Positions 51,601 through 62,914 of a stretch of 64,000 nucleotides of DNA are shown here, piece by piece; the stretch's first letter is position 1; each line of letters opens with the position of its first letter. The translations under genes were made by a program, and so were the position numbers. Under the pieces are notes generated by a model. The model was not told the origin of the DNA and searched no databases. It saw nothing but the letters and a program-made list of their open reading frames with translations. The DNA comes from Pelomyxa schiedti (taxonomy: Eukaryota > Protista > Evosea): contig JAHLWZ010000733.1 in assembly GCA_020536535.1 (NCBI GenBank), positions 101,491-165,490 on the forward strand, read 5' to 3'.

Positions 51601-51860
51601 CCTTGTGCGGCAGTTGGTTGCGTTCACCAAAGTGAATGTTCCACCAGGCCAATCACAAAGAATAACAATCTACATTGACACGCGGGACTTGGCAACATAC
51701 AGGAAAGGACTTGGCTGGGCCGTACTTCCCGGCCCCTACAAGGTATCATCCCAATCACTCAAGTACAATGAAAATGACCATAAGATTGCAACAGATGTAC
51801 ATAGGCTCGTCTTCGGTAATAACACCATGCACACTCAAAACAACTATCACCCTAAATTAA
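48630..51860 (+). CDS. Beta-glucosidase, glycoside hydrolase family 3, with PA14-like insert and Fn3-like tail
   Basis: SPMVNMQRHPLTGRHFECFSEDP, LKHLVCND, MTSYNKLNG, GLVVSDW (nucleophile), AAESIVLLK, EGEGLDR, LFGTVNPCGKLPFS, VVQVY...RQLVAFTKV. Confidence 0.95.
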
Positions 51861-51944
51861 AGGCCACCAATAAAAGTGCTTCGTGGAAACATCTTTTTTG
51901 GTGTCGTTTCAATAGACAGTAAAGAAAAAAACAAACTGGGAGGA

Positions 51945-53727
51945 ATGGGGTCGTCTGGGTCTTCAAACAAGGAGCCAAGTGGTTGGGAGAGAGAAGCCGA
52001 GGGAAGTGCCGGGAAAATTGTACTTATGGGTTGTGGGGAGACCGGCAAAGCAACGTTCTACAGACACATTTCATTTTTGTTGTTGAATGAGGCTCCTGAT
52101 GTGCCTGTGAGTTTTTTTTTTTTTCCCAAGTACCTGATAGTGAATATCATTGTAATTTTTCACAATTTTTTTAGGAGGATGCACGCAGGGTATATAAGAG
52201 TTCCATGCAATTTTTTTGTGCCAAAACTGCATGTTGTATAGCACATAGAACTGATATAGATCTACAACCCAGTGCCAGGGTTTGGCTTTTAAAAACTTAA
52301 GACTGTTTTGACTGGAAAAAGGCTGCTGCTGAAGAATTGAAACCAATAGAGCCAAATAACCTGGTAACTAGCAATGTATTTGACATTCAGACTCAAGTCC
52401 TTTCGGTGTTAACTGATCCTTCAGTCCTCCCTTTCCTTCGTAACGTGTGTTAGAACATCTTGTGATTTCTTGTTTTTTGAATATTAAAAAAAGAGATACG
52501 AAGACCCAGAAACTGAGGGCAAGTTTTTTGCCAATGCAACCTACTATGCTGAAAATTGCAAACGAATTCTTGACGCAGACTACCTACCCACTTTCTCTGA
52601 TATTATACGTGTGAGAATAAAAACAACCGGCTGTTCTGAGCGGTTCTTGGTACATTTCTTCTCCAGAATTTGAATACTAAACTTTTGCAGGTTAAAGATA
52701 ATACCAAATTCCAACTCGTATTACTTGGATCCCAAAGATCGGAACGCAAGAAGTGGGTGTGTGTGTATCCTGGCACTGATGTGGTGTGCTATGTTGCCTC
52801 TCTGATCGAATACAATCAAAAACTTTACGAGGATGGAGTCACAAACAGGTACCAATCTTTTTCTGGTAAGGCGAGTTAACAAGATCTAGACTCGCAGAAT
52901 CAAAAAAAGTCTTTGCAGCACTGCCAACAAATCCCGAGCTACAAAGTATTCCTTTCGTTTTGTGTCTGAACTTTTTGGACCTTTTCCTGCTCAAAAAGTT
53001 GCACCATCCCCCATGCAACAGCCAATTTCTCCTCGAATTCCAGCAATCACATCCAAAATTACCCCAGCTCACATTTTTATGTGGTGGATCTCAGATCGCA
53101 AGTACATTCCATGCTTCATACATTCCCATTCACCCCTTTTAGATAACGAAGCTCTGGTAATGGGAAACTTTCCTAAAGGGAAGCCCTTAACTAAGCTGGC
53201 ACGAACCACTTTCGATTCACATCTGAAACTTTTACCTGAAGACATCTGGCACCAAGTAAGTCAAAAAAAAGGAAGTAATTGATACATACCGTACCTAGAT
53301 TTTTTCCTTTTTTGATGCCTCATCTCTCTTTAGGCTGAGGCTGGTATGCAAAAGCATGCTCTTCCTGATTGACAATGCAGACAGTGTTTGGATGCATCTT
53401 GTGTCACGTGCATTGGGCACTAATTTCACCGTAAGTGACCTACAGCACTTTGCCAGCCTCATTCCCAGTACTTCATTGACCTCTTATTCTCGCTTCTTAC
53501 CTCCCCAATTAGCATCCGGCCGGCTCAGCACTTACCAAGCAGCTTATGTTGTTGTTGGAAAGAACCTCGATATCAGACTGATTGCCAGCTATATTCTTGG
53601 TGATAAAGTTGGTCAGATTCCCGTTTTCGTAACGTGCATGCTGGATTCGGACTGTGTTCAAAGACTGATGAGTATTCTAGTGGACTTGCTGCCAAAAAGA
53701 GATACTTCCCAGCCATCCAACAGTTGA
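51945..53727 (+). CDS. Degenerate G-alpha-like GTPase domain fused to an F-box
   Basis: MGS start; GCGETGKATF; DIIRVRIKTTG; LLGSQRSERKKW; YVASLIEYNQKLYED..TNR; LNFLD. After introns 53102-53142 and 53256-53298 it reads LLPEDIWHQIFSFFDASSLFRLRLVCKSM...W (F-box). The 3' end is uncertain. Confidence 0.78.
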
Positions 53728-53892
53728 AAAAACCAAAAAGACCCATGATTATCCTTGTAATTGAAGAAGCAATAACGATTGCCACCTTTTCTATTACACA
53801 TTACATATTTATTGTCCACACAGCAAGCATGGTCCACAAGGTGTGCTTGTAGGATCAAGCATTTATGTGAATTCACGAAGTCCCAACGTGAT

Positions 53893-54783
53893 TCATGACA
53901 TGTAGTTCACTCTCACACCACTGGTCCCGGCTCTTTTTTGTGTGTAGTACCACTGCAATATTTCCATTGGGAACCTGGTCTTGAGCAACTCCAGTACACC
54001 AACAGGGCACTGCTCCATCAAATTCTCAGCCCCACCTCCCACAGCAAAAACATCAGACGTTATACAAAGCCTCTTTGCCACCCACATAGCTGACTCCTCC
54101 ATCCCCCTCCTACTGGAGTTGCTCCCGCCCCTGACGTCATAGCAGTTGTATTTCGCCACGCAATCGCAAAAGAGCTTGTTTGAAAATGCAGCAGGGGGAA
54201 GCCACCCGGGCTCCGCCAATTTTCTCAGGGTCCAGTCAGATACCCTGAGGGCGCTGCATCCAACGGCAGTGCTGAGGATCGTCAGTACGCCGCACATTCG
54301 GGATATGCGCAGTACCTTGCGCACCAGAACCGCCATTGTGGGAAAGAAAGACTCGGCGACGAGGACGAGGAACTCGTCGGCCTGGCGGGTGTTGCTGAAG
54401 TACCCAGTGCTCCCGCTGGTATTTGTGGGCGAAATTCCACCCGAGAACAAGCCGGGAAGGTTCACGTTGATCATGCTGAACGCAGTGAATGGAGACGAAG
54501 AAGATGACGACAAAGAAGAAGAAGAAGAAGAAGAACACGGAGAAAATGAGTGGGTGCAAAAGTCATCGCTGAGGACCCTTGGCACAACGACGGTGCACAC
54601 GACGTGGGAGATTGAGACTATTTGCTGAACAGAGAGGTACTGCCGTGGCAATTCTACGTACACCCCACTCCCTCCTGTTGGTCGTGTAACTGCCTCGGTA
54701 GTAGTCGTCATCCAACGTTTCGCGTCGTGCTTTCCGGGAATGAATTCTTCGAAGAAGCACCCATGGGTGGCGGTAAAGGGCAA
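53893..54783 (-). CDS. Intronless hypothetical protein (lineage-specific family, possibly truncated)
   Basis: 296-aa open frame; likely start MTTTTEAV (about 54709); Ser-run insert; helical segments (WVAKRLCITSDVF, GVLELLKTRF). No confident family. Confidence 0.6.
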   Translation of the reverse strand: MPFTATHGCFFEEFIPGKHDAKRWMTTTTEAVTRPTGGSGVYVELPRQYLSVQQIVSISHVVCTVVVPRVLSDDFCTHSFSPCSSSSSSSLSSSSSSPFTAFSMINVNLPGLFSGGISPTNTSGSTGYFSNTRQADEFLVLVAESFFPTMAVLVRKVLRISRMCGVLTILSTAVGCSALRVSDWTLRKLAEPGWLPPAAFSNKLFCDCVAKYNCYDVRGGSNSSRRGMEESAMWVAKRLCITSDVFAVGGGAENLMEQCPVGVLELLKTRFPMEILQWYYTQKRAGTSGVRVNYMS

Positions 54784-54846
54784 AGAAAATGGGTTTTTTT
54801 TTTGTGTTGGCCGGTTCAGAATCTTGGTGTTGTACCTGGCTCTTTA

Positions 54847-57800
54847 CTATCTATCGTTGTTGTCCTCCTCTTCGTCATCATCCTCTGTGGTGACACTCCG
54901 GAGTGTTACATCCTCTTCAGCAGGATCCTTCTCGTCTGGTTCTTCTTCTTCACAGTCAGTGGTGATGGATTGTTCTTCGTTAGCCAATTCTTCATAAGCC
55001 TCTGATTCCACTGTTGGCGACCGGGAAGGTGTGTTGGTCCGGGGCTTCTTGTGTTTGGGTGGTTCCGGCTTCTCATGCTTTTTTGACACAACTGGGGGTC
55101 TGATTCGTCCCACTTGCAGGATGAGAACCACTTTGGAGCAGACCTTGGGGCTGCAAAGTTGTGTGACTATTGGTTTTCCTAGCTCCGACTGGATGAGGAA
55201 GATGGAGATGTGTTCATTTGAGTAGTTATCTGTGGGCAGAGACGGATACGAGTCCTGGGTTTTCTGACAAAATATGAGCCCAAGTGTCCACTCTCGTGTG
55301 GGCTTCTGGAGCTTGCCGAGCACCTCTTTAATATCACCATTTTTGAGTGGCTCCGCACAGTCCTTGCTTGCCGCGATTACACAGCCTCCTTTCAGGCCAA
55401 TCTCATCCATATTGCCTGTCATGACAAAATCGTCTACACATACACCAGGTACCGTCTTGAGGCACTCAAGCCCTCCTGTGAAGGAATCTCCCTGGCCAGA
55501 GAGAAATGGTACTATCTGATTGTCAAATAAGGCCTGAGCGGATTCATTGTAGAGCTGTTGCCATATTGTGCAACACGATTTGTCACTGTCTGGTTCCTCA
55601 GGGTGGTATGAATCCTCTGAATTGCCATAAACGTGAAACAGCAAGGAATGCACAAATTTGGAGAGAGTTTGCCCACCAAACCCCCCACAGTGCGAGGCTG
55701 CTGACACAGCCACTCCTGCAAACTGCTCCATCATCAATCCACTGTTGCCATCAGACCTTCTTTTGGAGGTGGAGTTGAACCTGGATTTAGCATCTTTGAC
55801 AACACCCTCAAATTTGCCATAGTTAATCAGTGCACTGGAGAAGTTGTACATAGTAGGCCAGGCTTCAACTAAAGGTACTGTCACATTTCCGGAGTTCAAA
55901 AATGGAGACAATTTTCCTTCACACCCACACAGGCTCAAAAAGAGCAAAGGCTCTTCAATGAGACGTGGAAATGTACATCCAAGTTCTGGTGGTGGGTCAG
56001 TAACTTCCCTGCTGCCCATTTTGGATGATGTACTTGTTGTTGTTGAAGATGGTTCTGTCAATAAAGTCTGGTTGTTTCTTCCATTTATTGGCACATAGTT
56101 AAGATTGCCGCGATAATTATGCACCTCCCAATATAGGACCTTCGCTTCTTCGTCTTCACCTTCTTTTGTTTTTGGATCAGGGACGAATAATCGTGCAAAA
56201 TGGTGGGAAATGAAATCAGTGACTTCGTTTCTGTGAGCAGGCAGAAACATCACTATCTGTCCCGCCTGGGCCACCTGTTCCTTCCACATCTCGGGCTTGA
56301 GACTTCTCAGCCTTTCATACGACAGAGCAAACAACGTGTTCAGTATTGGGACAACACGTGTTTCGCCATCCAGTTCTTCAGAAGGTGGCAGAACTTGCTT
56401 CAGTATTTTGAACATCTCAATAACCAGGAGGGGACGGCTGTTCGTTGCACAGTAGCTGATAAACTCCCCAAACAACGCATGTATCTTGTTGCATCTTTCC
56501 AGAAGCTTCTCAACCTCAGGCACCCAGCAGTTCAAACTTGCAAGGCACAGTGATGAAGGGTGCGCAAACAAGTGACACCAGATGTAATCTGGGAGATCAC
56601 AACGTGACCCATTCCCATCCGTAAAACCTGCAAGCATAGTCACGGCCCTGGAGTTTGTGCCAGACAGGATGACCACAAACCCCAAGACCCTCAGAATGTT
56701 GCGTACAAGGCACACTTTTTCGTGATCTCCAGCAGGTATCTCATCCACAAACACAACTGGCTTCTCGCCAGACCATTCTTTCCGAAATTGGCCGATGGTC
56801 ATGGGAGCCTGGATGTAAGCCTTACCAAAGTCTTTCCCCACGAGGGAAAACGGAAGCCTATTAGGGAATGGGTTCTTTGGGAATACTTCGGCGGCAGCAG
56901 AAGAATGACTTGAAGACGTGGATGTTACTGCCGTGGGTGGTTGGGTGTGAAAATTCGTCATCATCCAGTTGAGACATGCCACAGTCCAAAACGGCTGAGA
57001 TGTGCCACACAAGTTTGAACAGTGGGGCCATGTATCTTCGTCATCTTCTTCTGCTTTTGCCCTTGGTTTTCCTTTGCATTTTGCGGTCCAGTCCATATAA
57101 TCTCTTTCCACACACTCTGTGAATTTGCTTGACCACAGCTTCCAACTTCGGTAGATAGCCTGGGAGCTCTTTCTTTTCCACACAATGTAGCTTTTTATTT
57201 TTTGCCACAGTAAGGTGTGAGAGGAAAAAAATGCCATACATGAGGTCCAAGTCCAACGCAAACGCTAACTGAGTTTTCCCCATTCCCGAACTGCCATCCA
57301 AAATAATGAACGGCATATCAAGCTCATCTTCACTAGATTTTTCTGGAATGCCATCGTCCTGGCACCCCCACTCTCCGCCCTTAATAGACTCAATGGCATG
57401 TCTCATGTTCCACAAGTTTGTCTCTTTTGTACAGTTGGCCATTGCCTGTCCAGTTTTGAAGTACTTCATAACAATGTGTTCTATATCTCGTACAAGAACA
57501 CCTGCCAAAAACCATTGGGACAAGAACATTGAAGTTGTTGTACGCACCTCTTATTTCTATTGGAGAGTGCCGAGTGATCAGCTGTACAATCATGATGTTT
57601 TTTAGCTTTGACGCAATTGCATCATTGCATACAACATTAATCTTTTGGGAATGTAAGGTGTTTTTAAAAAAAGGAGCAAACGTGCTGACACAGAAAAGAA
57701 ACTCACGTTTTTGCTCGAAAGTAAATCCCACATATGATGTTTTGGCCTGGACATGCCATTAAAGAGATCGAGAAGTTCCTCTGTCGTGAGTGGGACATAA

Positions 57801-57922
57801 TTTCCAATAATGCTAGGTTTCACGTGCACATGTAGATTTTGTGGAATGGGAACCTCAACCCCATCTTTTGAAATCAAGAAGTCACTGCCACCACCTGTTT
57901 CTAATTTAGCCTTGAGTGACAT
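54847..57922 (-). CDS. Crinkler (CRN)-like effector: P-loop NTPase plus restriction-endonuclease-like C-terminal domain (copy 2, apparently intact)
   Basis: Walker A GSSGMGKTQLAFAL, SQAIY, Walker B VFVDE, LVRNILRVLGFVVILSGTNSRA, then SAASHCGGFGG..L..F...L, IVPFLS, NMDEIG...ASKD. These resemble oomycete CRN NTPase/REase proteins. Three short 5' introns, then one 2.3 kb exon; acidic tail. Confidence 0.75.
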
Positions 57923-58810
57923 TTAAAAAAGAAAAAAAGAAAACCTTTTGGCAGGGCTGCTATTCTCTTCTTCCTTGTGGTTCGCAGGTGTCGTGCCTGA
58001 GGTGGTGTCACTGTTCCCATCCCTGACCCCGACCCTGACCCCGACACTGGGGCCCCGGTGGAAGCTGGGTCATGACGTGGTGGGGGTGCCTGCAACCCGT
58101 GTCTTTGGCTCGGTGTTCTGGCGGTGGACAAGGAGGAGGCAGATGGTGGCACTTTCCCCGAGCTTATGGGTCCCTCCACCGCGCATTTTTTGGTAATTGC
58201 GATCTCTTGTGGGCGAATCAATTTAGAGCGGACCCCCCTCACTTATTGTCTTACCAACTACCATGAGACCCACGAAGATAGGAATACTGCCTCCCAGCAG
58301 CATCAGTGCAGGACCCGCACTGACACCATCTGTTAGCAGAAGGAAAGGTATTGTTTTTCCCTTATTGTGCATCCAAGACGCAAGGACAGCTGGACTGTGG
58401 GCTGTGACGTGCCGGTCCTGTTCCCTTGTTGTGTCAGGAGTAAGAGCCACACAAGAGCGTTGTTGCCGAATCTACGACACAGCCCGACAGTTGAAGAAGG
58501 AAAAAAAAAGAGAAGTTTTAAGGGAACGATCATCATCATGATCCGGACTCACTAGCAACTCTGCTTCCCTCGCTGTTGCAAATCCCCAAGTCCACTTAAT
58601 TACTGTTTACCCCTGTTTTCTTGGTAATGCCTGTTGGTACCAACCCCTCATCCCTTGATGGCTGTTTTTGGCTTGTTGGAAAATCAAAATCAGCGGGATA
58701 AAGAAAAAAGAAATAGTGAGGGGGCCGATTTAGACGTAGCTCTTTTCCGCTGAGGTGAAGCAGGAATTTTGGTTTTAGTTACGGAAGGAACCTTGGTCCT
58801 GTGGCTGACT

Positions 58811-60960
58811 TCAAGGGTAAAAAGTGTTGAGGGCGAGGAGGAGGAGGGCCGGGGTGGCCTGATTGAGGAAAACCATCTGCAGGAACAACCTCACCGGAAT
58901 CGTCCTTTCCTTCCAGTCCAAGTGACTCTGCTGTTCCATCATCGCGTCGATGGCAGAACACGTCTGTGACCTAAGTGCACACAGCCTCTGTTCAATGACA
59001 GACTCCACTCCTAGCGATGGCGATGCGGACGATGAGGAGGAGGATGTGGACGCGGAACTGGAAGCTGAAGCTGAAGCGGAAGCCGAAGCCGAAGCAGTGG
59101 ATTTGATGCGGGAAACGAGGTCGTTGATATCGGTAAGGAACAGGTGCGAACCCACGAAGGTGGAGGCGAGGCCGGCAGAGGGCCGGGTCGCTGGGTTCCT
59201 GTCAAACACCCGCTTGAAGAGATGGAACAGGCACGGGCACTCGCGGAGGAGCCCTGCCGGGATCGTAAGGGGCTTGGAAGTGATCGCTGCCTCGCTCGTG
59301 AACGGCGTGGTCCCAAAGCACATCTGCCACACAACGCACCCAACGGCCCACAAGTCGGTCTTGGTCACGTTGTATTTTCTTGACCTGTATGTGGGTGTAA
59401 ATGTGAATGTGAGTGTTACTGTGGGGGTTTGGGAAACCTTGGTTGCACTGAAACTGGTCTAAGGGCTTCTGGTGCCCTGTTGAGAATGTTCCCTTCTGGT
59501 ACCTCATTCTGACCCAGTTCTAGGATCCCGGGCGTGGCGCCGGTGCTGCTTTCGCCACTTCCTGAAGAAGGGTTTATGCTCACTGAGGTTCCAAAGTCAC
59601 ACAGAACAGTGAACTGGCCTGTGAATCCGGGTCTCTCGAGGAAGAGGATGTTGTCGGACTTGATGTCTAGGTGGAACAACCCACATGTGTTGTTGAGGTG
59701 CTCAACTGTTGAAAGCAGCTGGAAGGTGCTCTCCAAGGTCTTGTCCATACCAAGAGGAAGCAGGATGGTGGTTATGCTTGCAGTCGTGGTTTTGCTTGCA
59801 GGAGCTGCGCGACTCTGCTGTGATAGAGATGGTGTTGGTAACAGAAACTGCTGCATGCGCTTTTCAAGGGTTGTTGATCCAAGTTCCTGTGTGATGAATG
59901 TTGTTCTGTCATATATTGACACACAGTTTAGGTGGTTGTGAGGACTGGGGTCAACTGGGGACCCTGTGTCTGATGAAACCAAGCACATTTTTCTATCTTT
60001 TGGGATAAGCTCTTCCTTTTTGGGAAGGTGGGTCAGCAAACACGCGAGTGATAGTTCTGTTGTGTGTGGGGAATACTTGTGTGTAACTCCGGAAAAAACT
60101 GATGATGTTGGCCACACCCCAGTGTGTGTTTTGAATGAGTGAGAGGTACTCTTTGTCAAATCGGTTCCTCTGATGCTCTGTGGTTCCGACACTACCTGTC
60201 CTAAACTCCAAATTGAACATCATCTTCAATGCCACCCCTTGCTCAATTATCTTCCTTGGAATATGCCAATCGTTTGTTGGTTTCAGCATTACACTGCTCG
60301 TGGTTCCGTTGCATCCAAACCCAAGAATCTGGTTGTTTTTTTTTTTGTGGTGTGGAGGAATCCCAAATGGAAGGGTTCAAACCTTTGCAGAAGGGATATC
60401 AAGGTCACCCATCTCAATTGCTCGCATACAGCTAAAATCGACGAAAGAAGAGAACTTTTGATAATACTGCAGAATGTGATAAGGGTGTAATGTGTTGGTG
60501 GGTGTATTTTGGTTTTAGAAAAAAAACGGTAAATGAGCAACCAACCAAGCTGAAGTTCTTTTCCTGCAAGGAGAAATGATTAAACAAGGGGAAAAAAAAG
60601 AGAAAGGATATGAAATACCTGCTTCAGTGCCAGTTTTATTGTTTTGATTAAAATGGAGATCTCGTTGACAGACTGCAAAATGATACTGTTGTCACCCATT
60701 TCTTCTGCAGTATCTTTTCTTCTTATTGTGTTGTCTTGGTTGTTCGTGGTTCCTGTTACCAGCAGTGGCCCCGATATTGTCACTTTAGTTGCAAAAGTTG
60801 GAGGGAATGCCGCTGGTGTTAATGTGCCATTATATGATTGTGTGGATTGTGGAACTATCTGCAATTGTTGTGGGAATTCATCCCTCAACATGGAAGCCAA
60901 CTTATGGGTGAGATCAGACAATATTAAGCCCCGAGATGAAGGAGGTTCGCATGAATTTAA
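58811..60960 (-). CDS. PINK1-like, non-RD Ser/Thr protein kinase
   Basis: Spliced ILGFGCNG (Gly loop), VALKMMFN, HLDIKSDNIL, LCDFG, GNILNRAPE, KTDLWAVGCV, RNPATRPSA. The upstream exon at about 60618-60990 splices in via EKNFSL|YYQK...PSAK. May be the C-terminal part of the LRR gene. Confidence 0.85.
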
Positions 60961-61073
60961 CTTGAAGTATTTTTTGCCTGTGTGCTGCTATTTAATTCGC
61001 TTTATTTTATTTTCTGGTAAACAGCACACCAATAGCAATGGACCTCGGACTGGGATATGAACCTTTGAGATAA

Positions 61074-62914
61074 TTAGTGCTCAGAAATGGGTTTTTGGTG
61101 GTGCCAGAAACATGGGTAATGATCATCTGAGTCCAGGATCTCAATGGGAATGGAAAACAGATCCACCAATGGGTTGCATATCATTGGATTATCCAGTTGT
61201 ACGAGATACATAGGCCATGCAAGGCAAATTTTTTTACATCGTGCATCACCAACAATGACATAGGTATCTTCTGCTCCTGCTCCCTCTGACAATACCAAGA
61301 GAGAGGCAATTGGAGAAGTGGTGCATGCCAACCAGGAAAACCACAATAAGTAAATATCTGTGGAGCATCGGCTACCCTTGGCCCCTCTTTTATTCCCTTT
61401 TTTTTTTTTGCAAGTCGATTGATTGTGTGTGACAAGCCAACTACATACAGCCAAGATTCAGGGACACGAGTGACTTGTTGGATGAAAGTGACTGTGAAAT
61501 GCTCGATGCACCCTCGGCGCCAATGTTGTTACCTTGTTTGTTTGTGAGTTCAAGTTGGTTGGTTTGAGTTGGGAGGAAAAGGAGGAACGAGTGGCACACC
61601 GCAAAGATCCAGGGACACGAGTGACTTGTTGGAGGAAAGTGACTGTGAAATGCTCGATGCACCCTCATCGCCAATGTCGTTACCTTGTTTGTTTGTGAGT
61701 TCAAGTTGGTTGGTTTGAGTTGGGAGGAAAAGGAGGAACGAGTGGCACACAGCGAAGATCCAGGGACACGAGTGACTTGTTGGATGAAAGTGACTGTGAA
61801 ATGCTCGATGCACCCTCGGCGCCAATGTTGTTAGCTTGTTTGTTTGTGAGTTCAAGTTGGTTGGTTTGAGTTGGGAGGGAGAAGAGGAACGAGTGGCACA
61901 CAGCGAAGATCCAGGGACACGAGTGACTTGTTGGATGAAAGTGACTGTGAAATGCTCGATGCACCCTCATCGCCAATGTGGTTATCTTGTTTGTTTGTGA
62001 GTTCAAGTTGGTTGGTTTGAGTTGGGAGGGAGAGGAGGAACGAGTGGCACACAGCTAAGATCCAGGGACACGAGTGACTTGTTGGATGAAAGTGACTGTG
62101 AAATGCTCGATGCACCCTCATCGCCAATGTCGTTAGCTTGTTTGTTTGTGAGTTCAAGTTGGTTGGTTTGAGTTGGGAGGGAGAGGAGGAACGAGTGGCA
62201 CACCGCAAAGATTCAGGGACACGAGTGACTTGTTGGATGAAAGTGACTGTGAAATGCTCGATGCACCCTCATCGCCAATGTCGTTAGCTTGTTTGTTTGT
62301 GAGTTCAAGTTGGTTGGTTTGAGTTGGGAGGAAAAGGTGGAACGAGTGGCACACAGCGAAGATCCAGGGACACGAGTGACTTGTTGGATGAAAGTGACTG
62401 TGAAATTCTCGCTGCACCCTTGGCACCAATGTGGTTTGCTTGTGTGTTTGTGAGTTCAAGTTGGTTGGTTTGAGTTGGGAGGAAAAGGTGGAACGAGTGG
62501 CACACAGCCAAGATTCAGGCACACGAGTGACTTGTTGGATGAAAGTGACTGTGAAATTCTCGATGCACCCTCGGCACCAATGTTGTTATCTTGTTTGTTT
62601 GTGAGTTCAAGTTGGTTGGTTTGAGTTGGGAGGGAGAGGAGGAACGAGTGGCACACCGCAAAGATTCAGGGACACGAGTGACTTGTTGGATGAAAGTGAC
62701 TGTGAAATTCTCGCTGCACCCTCATCGCCAATGTTGTTACCTTGTTTGTTTGTGAGTTCAAGTTGGTTGGTTTGAGTTGGGACGTGCCACATAAATTCAA
62801 ATGTTTGCAAGCACATTTAGGGTGCTCTAGTGCACGACGTATTGTGTTCGGTGGTACTGCCCACCCGTCGACACGCTCCTTGGTGTAGAGTTGTTCCTCA
62901 ACACTTGGCCTCAT
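61074..62914 (-). CDS. Ribonuclease-inhibitor-type (NLRC3-like) LRR protein with nine single-LRR exons
   Basis: ATG 62914 (MRPSVEEQ...KHLNLC), then nine 28-aa LRRs xNxIG(A/D)EGA..ISQSLSSNKSLVSL(N/D)Lx. It either stops at 61074 or splices on into the kinase. Confidence 0.85.
61449..62787 (-). repeat. Tandem array of nine 151-nt exon+intron units
   Basis: 84-nt exons at 61449-61532, 61600-61683, 61751-61834, 61902-61985, 62053-62136, 62204-62287, 62355-62438, 62506-62589 and 62657-62740, separated by 67-nt GT-AG introns. Confidence 0.97.

Noticed and set aside
61449-62740. Diversity-generating-retroelement-like adenine mutagenesis (AAC to CAC/GAC, AGC to NGC)
   Set aside because: The pattern is suggestive, but several variable sites (T/G, C/G, C/T) lack A. 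No reverse transcriptase or separate template repeat is visible in the window, and selection explains it more simply.
61449-62787. 151-nt periodic repeat as a CRISPR array or non-coding satellite
   Set aside because: No unique spacers, no cas genes, and a eukaryotic context; each unit resolves into a GT-AG intron plus an in-frame LRR exon.
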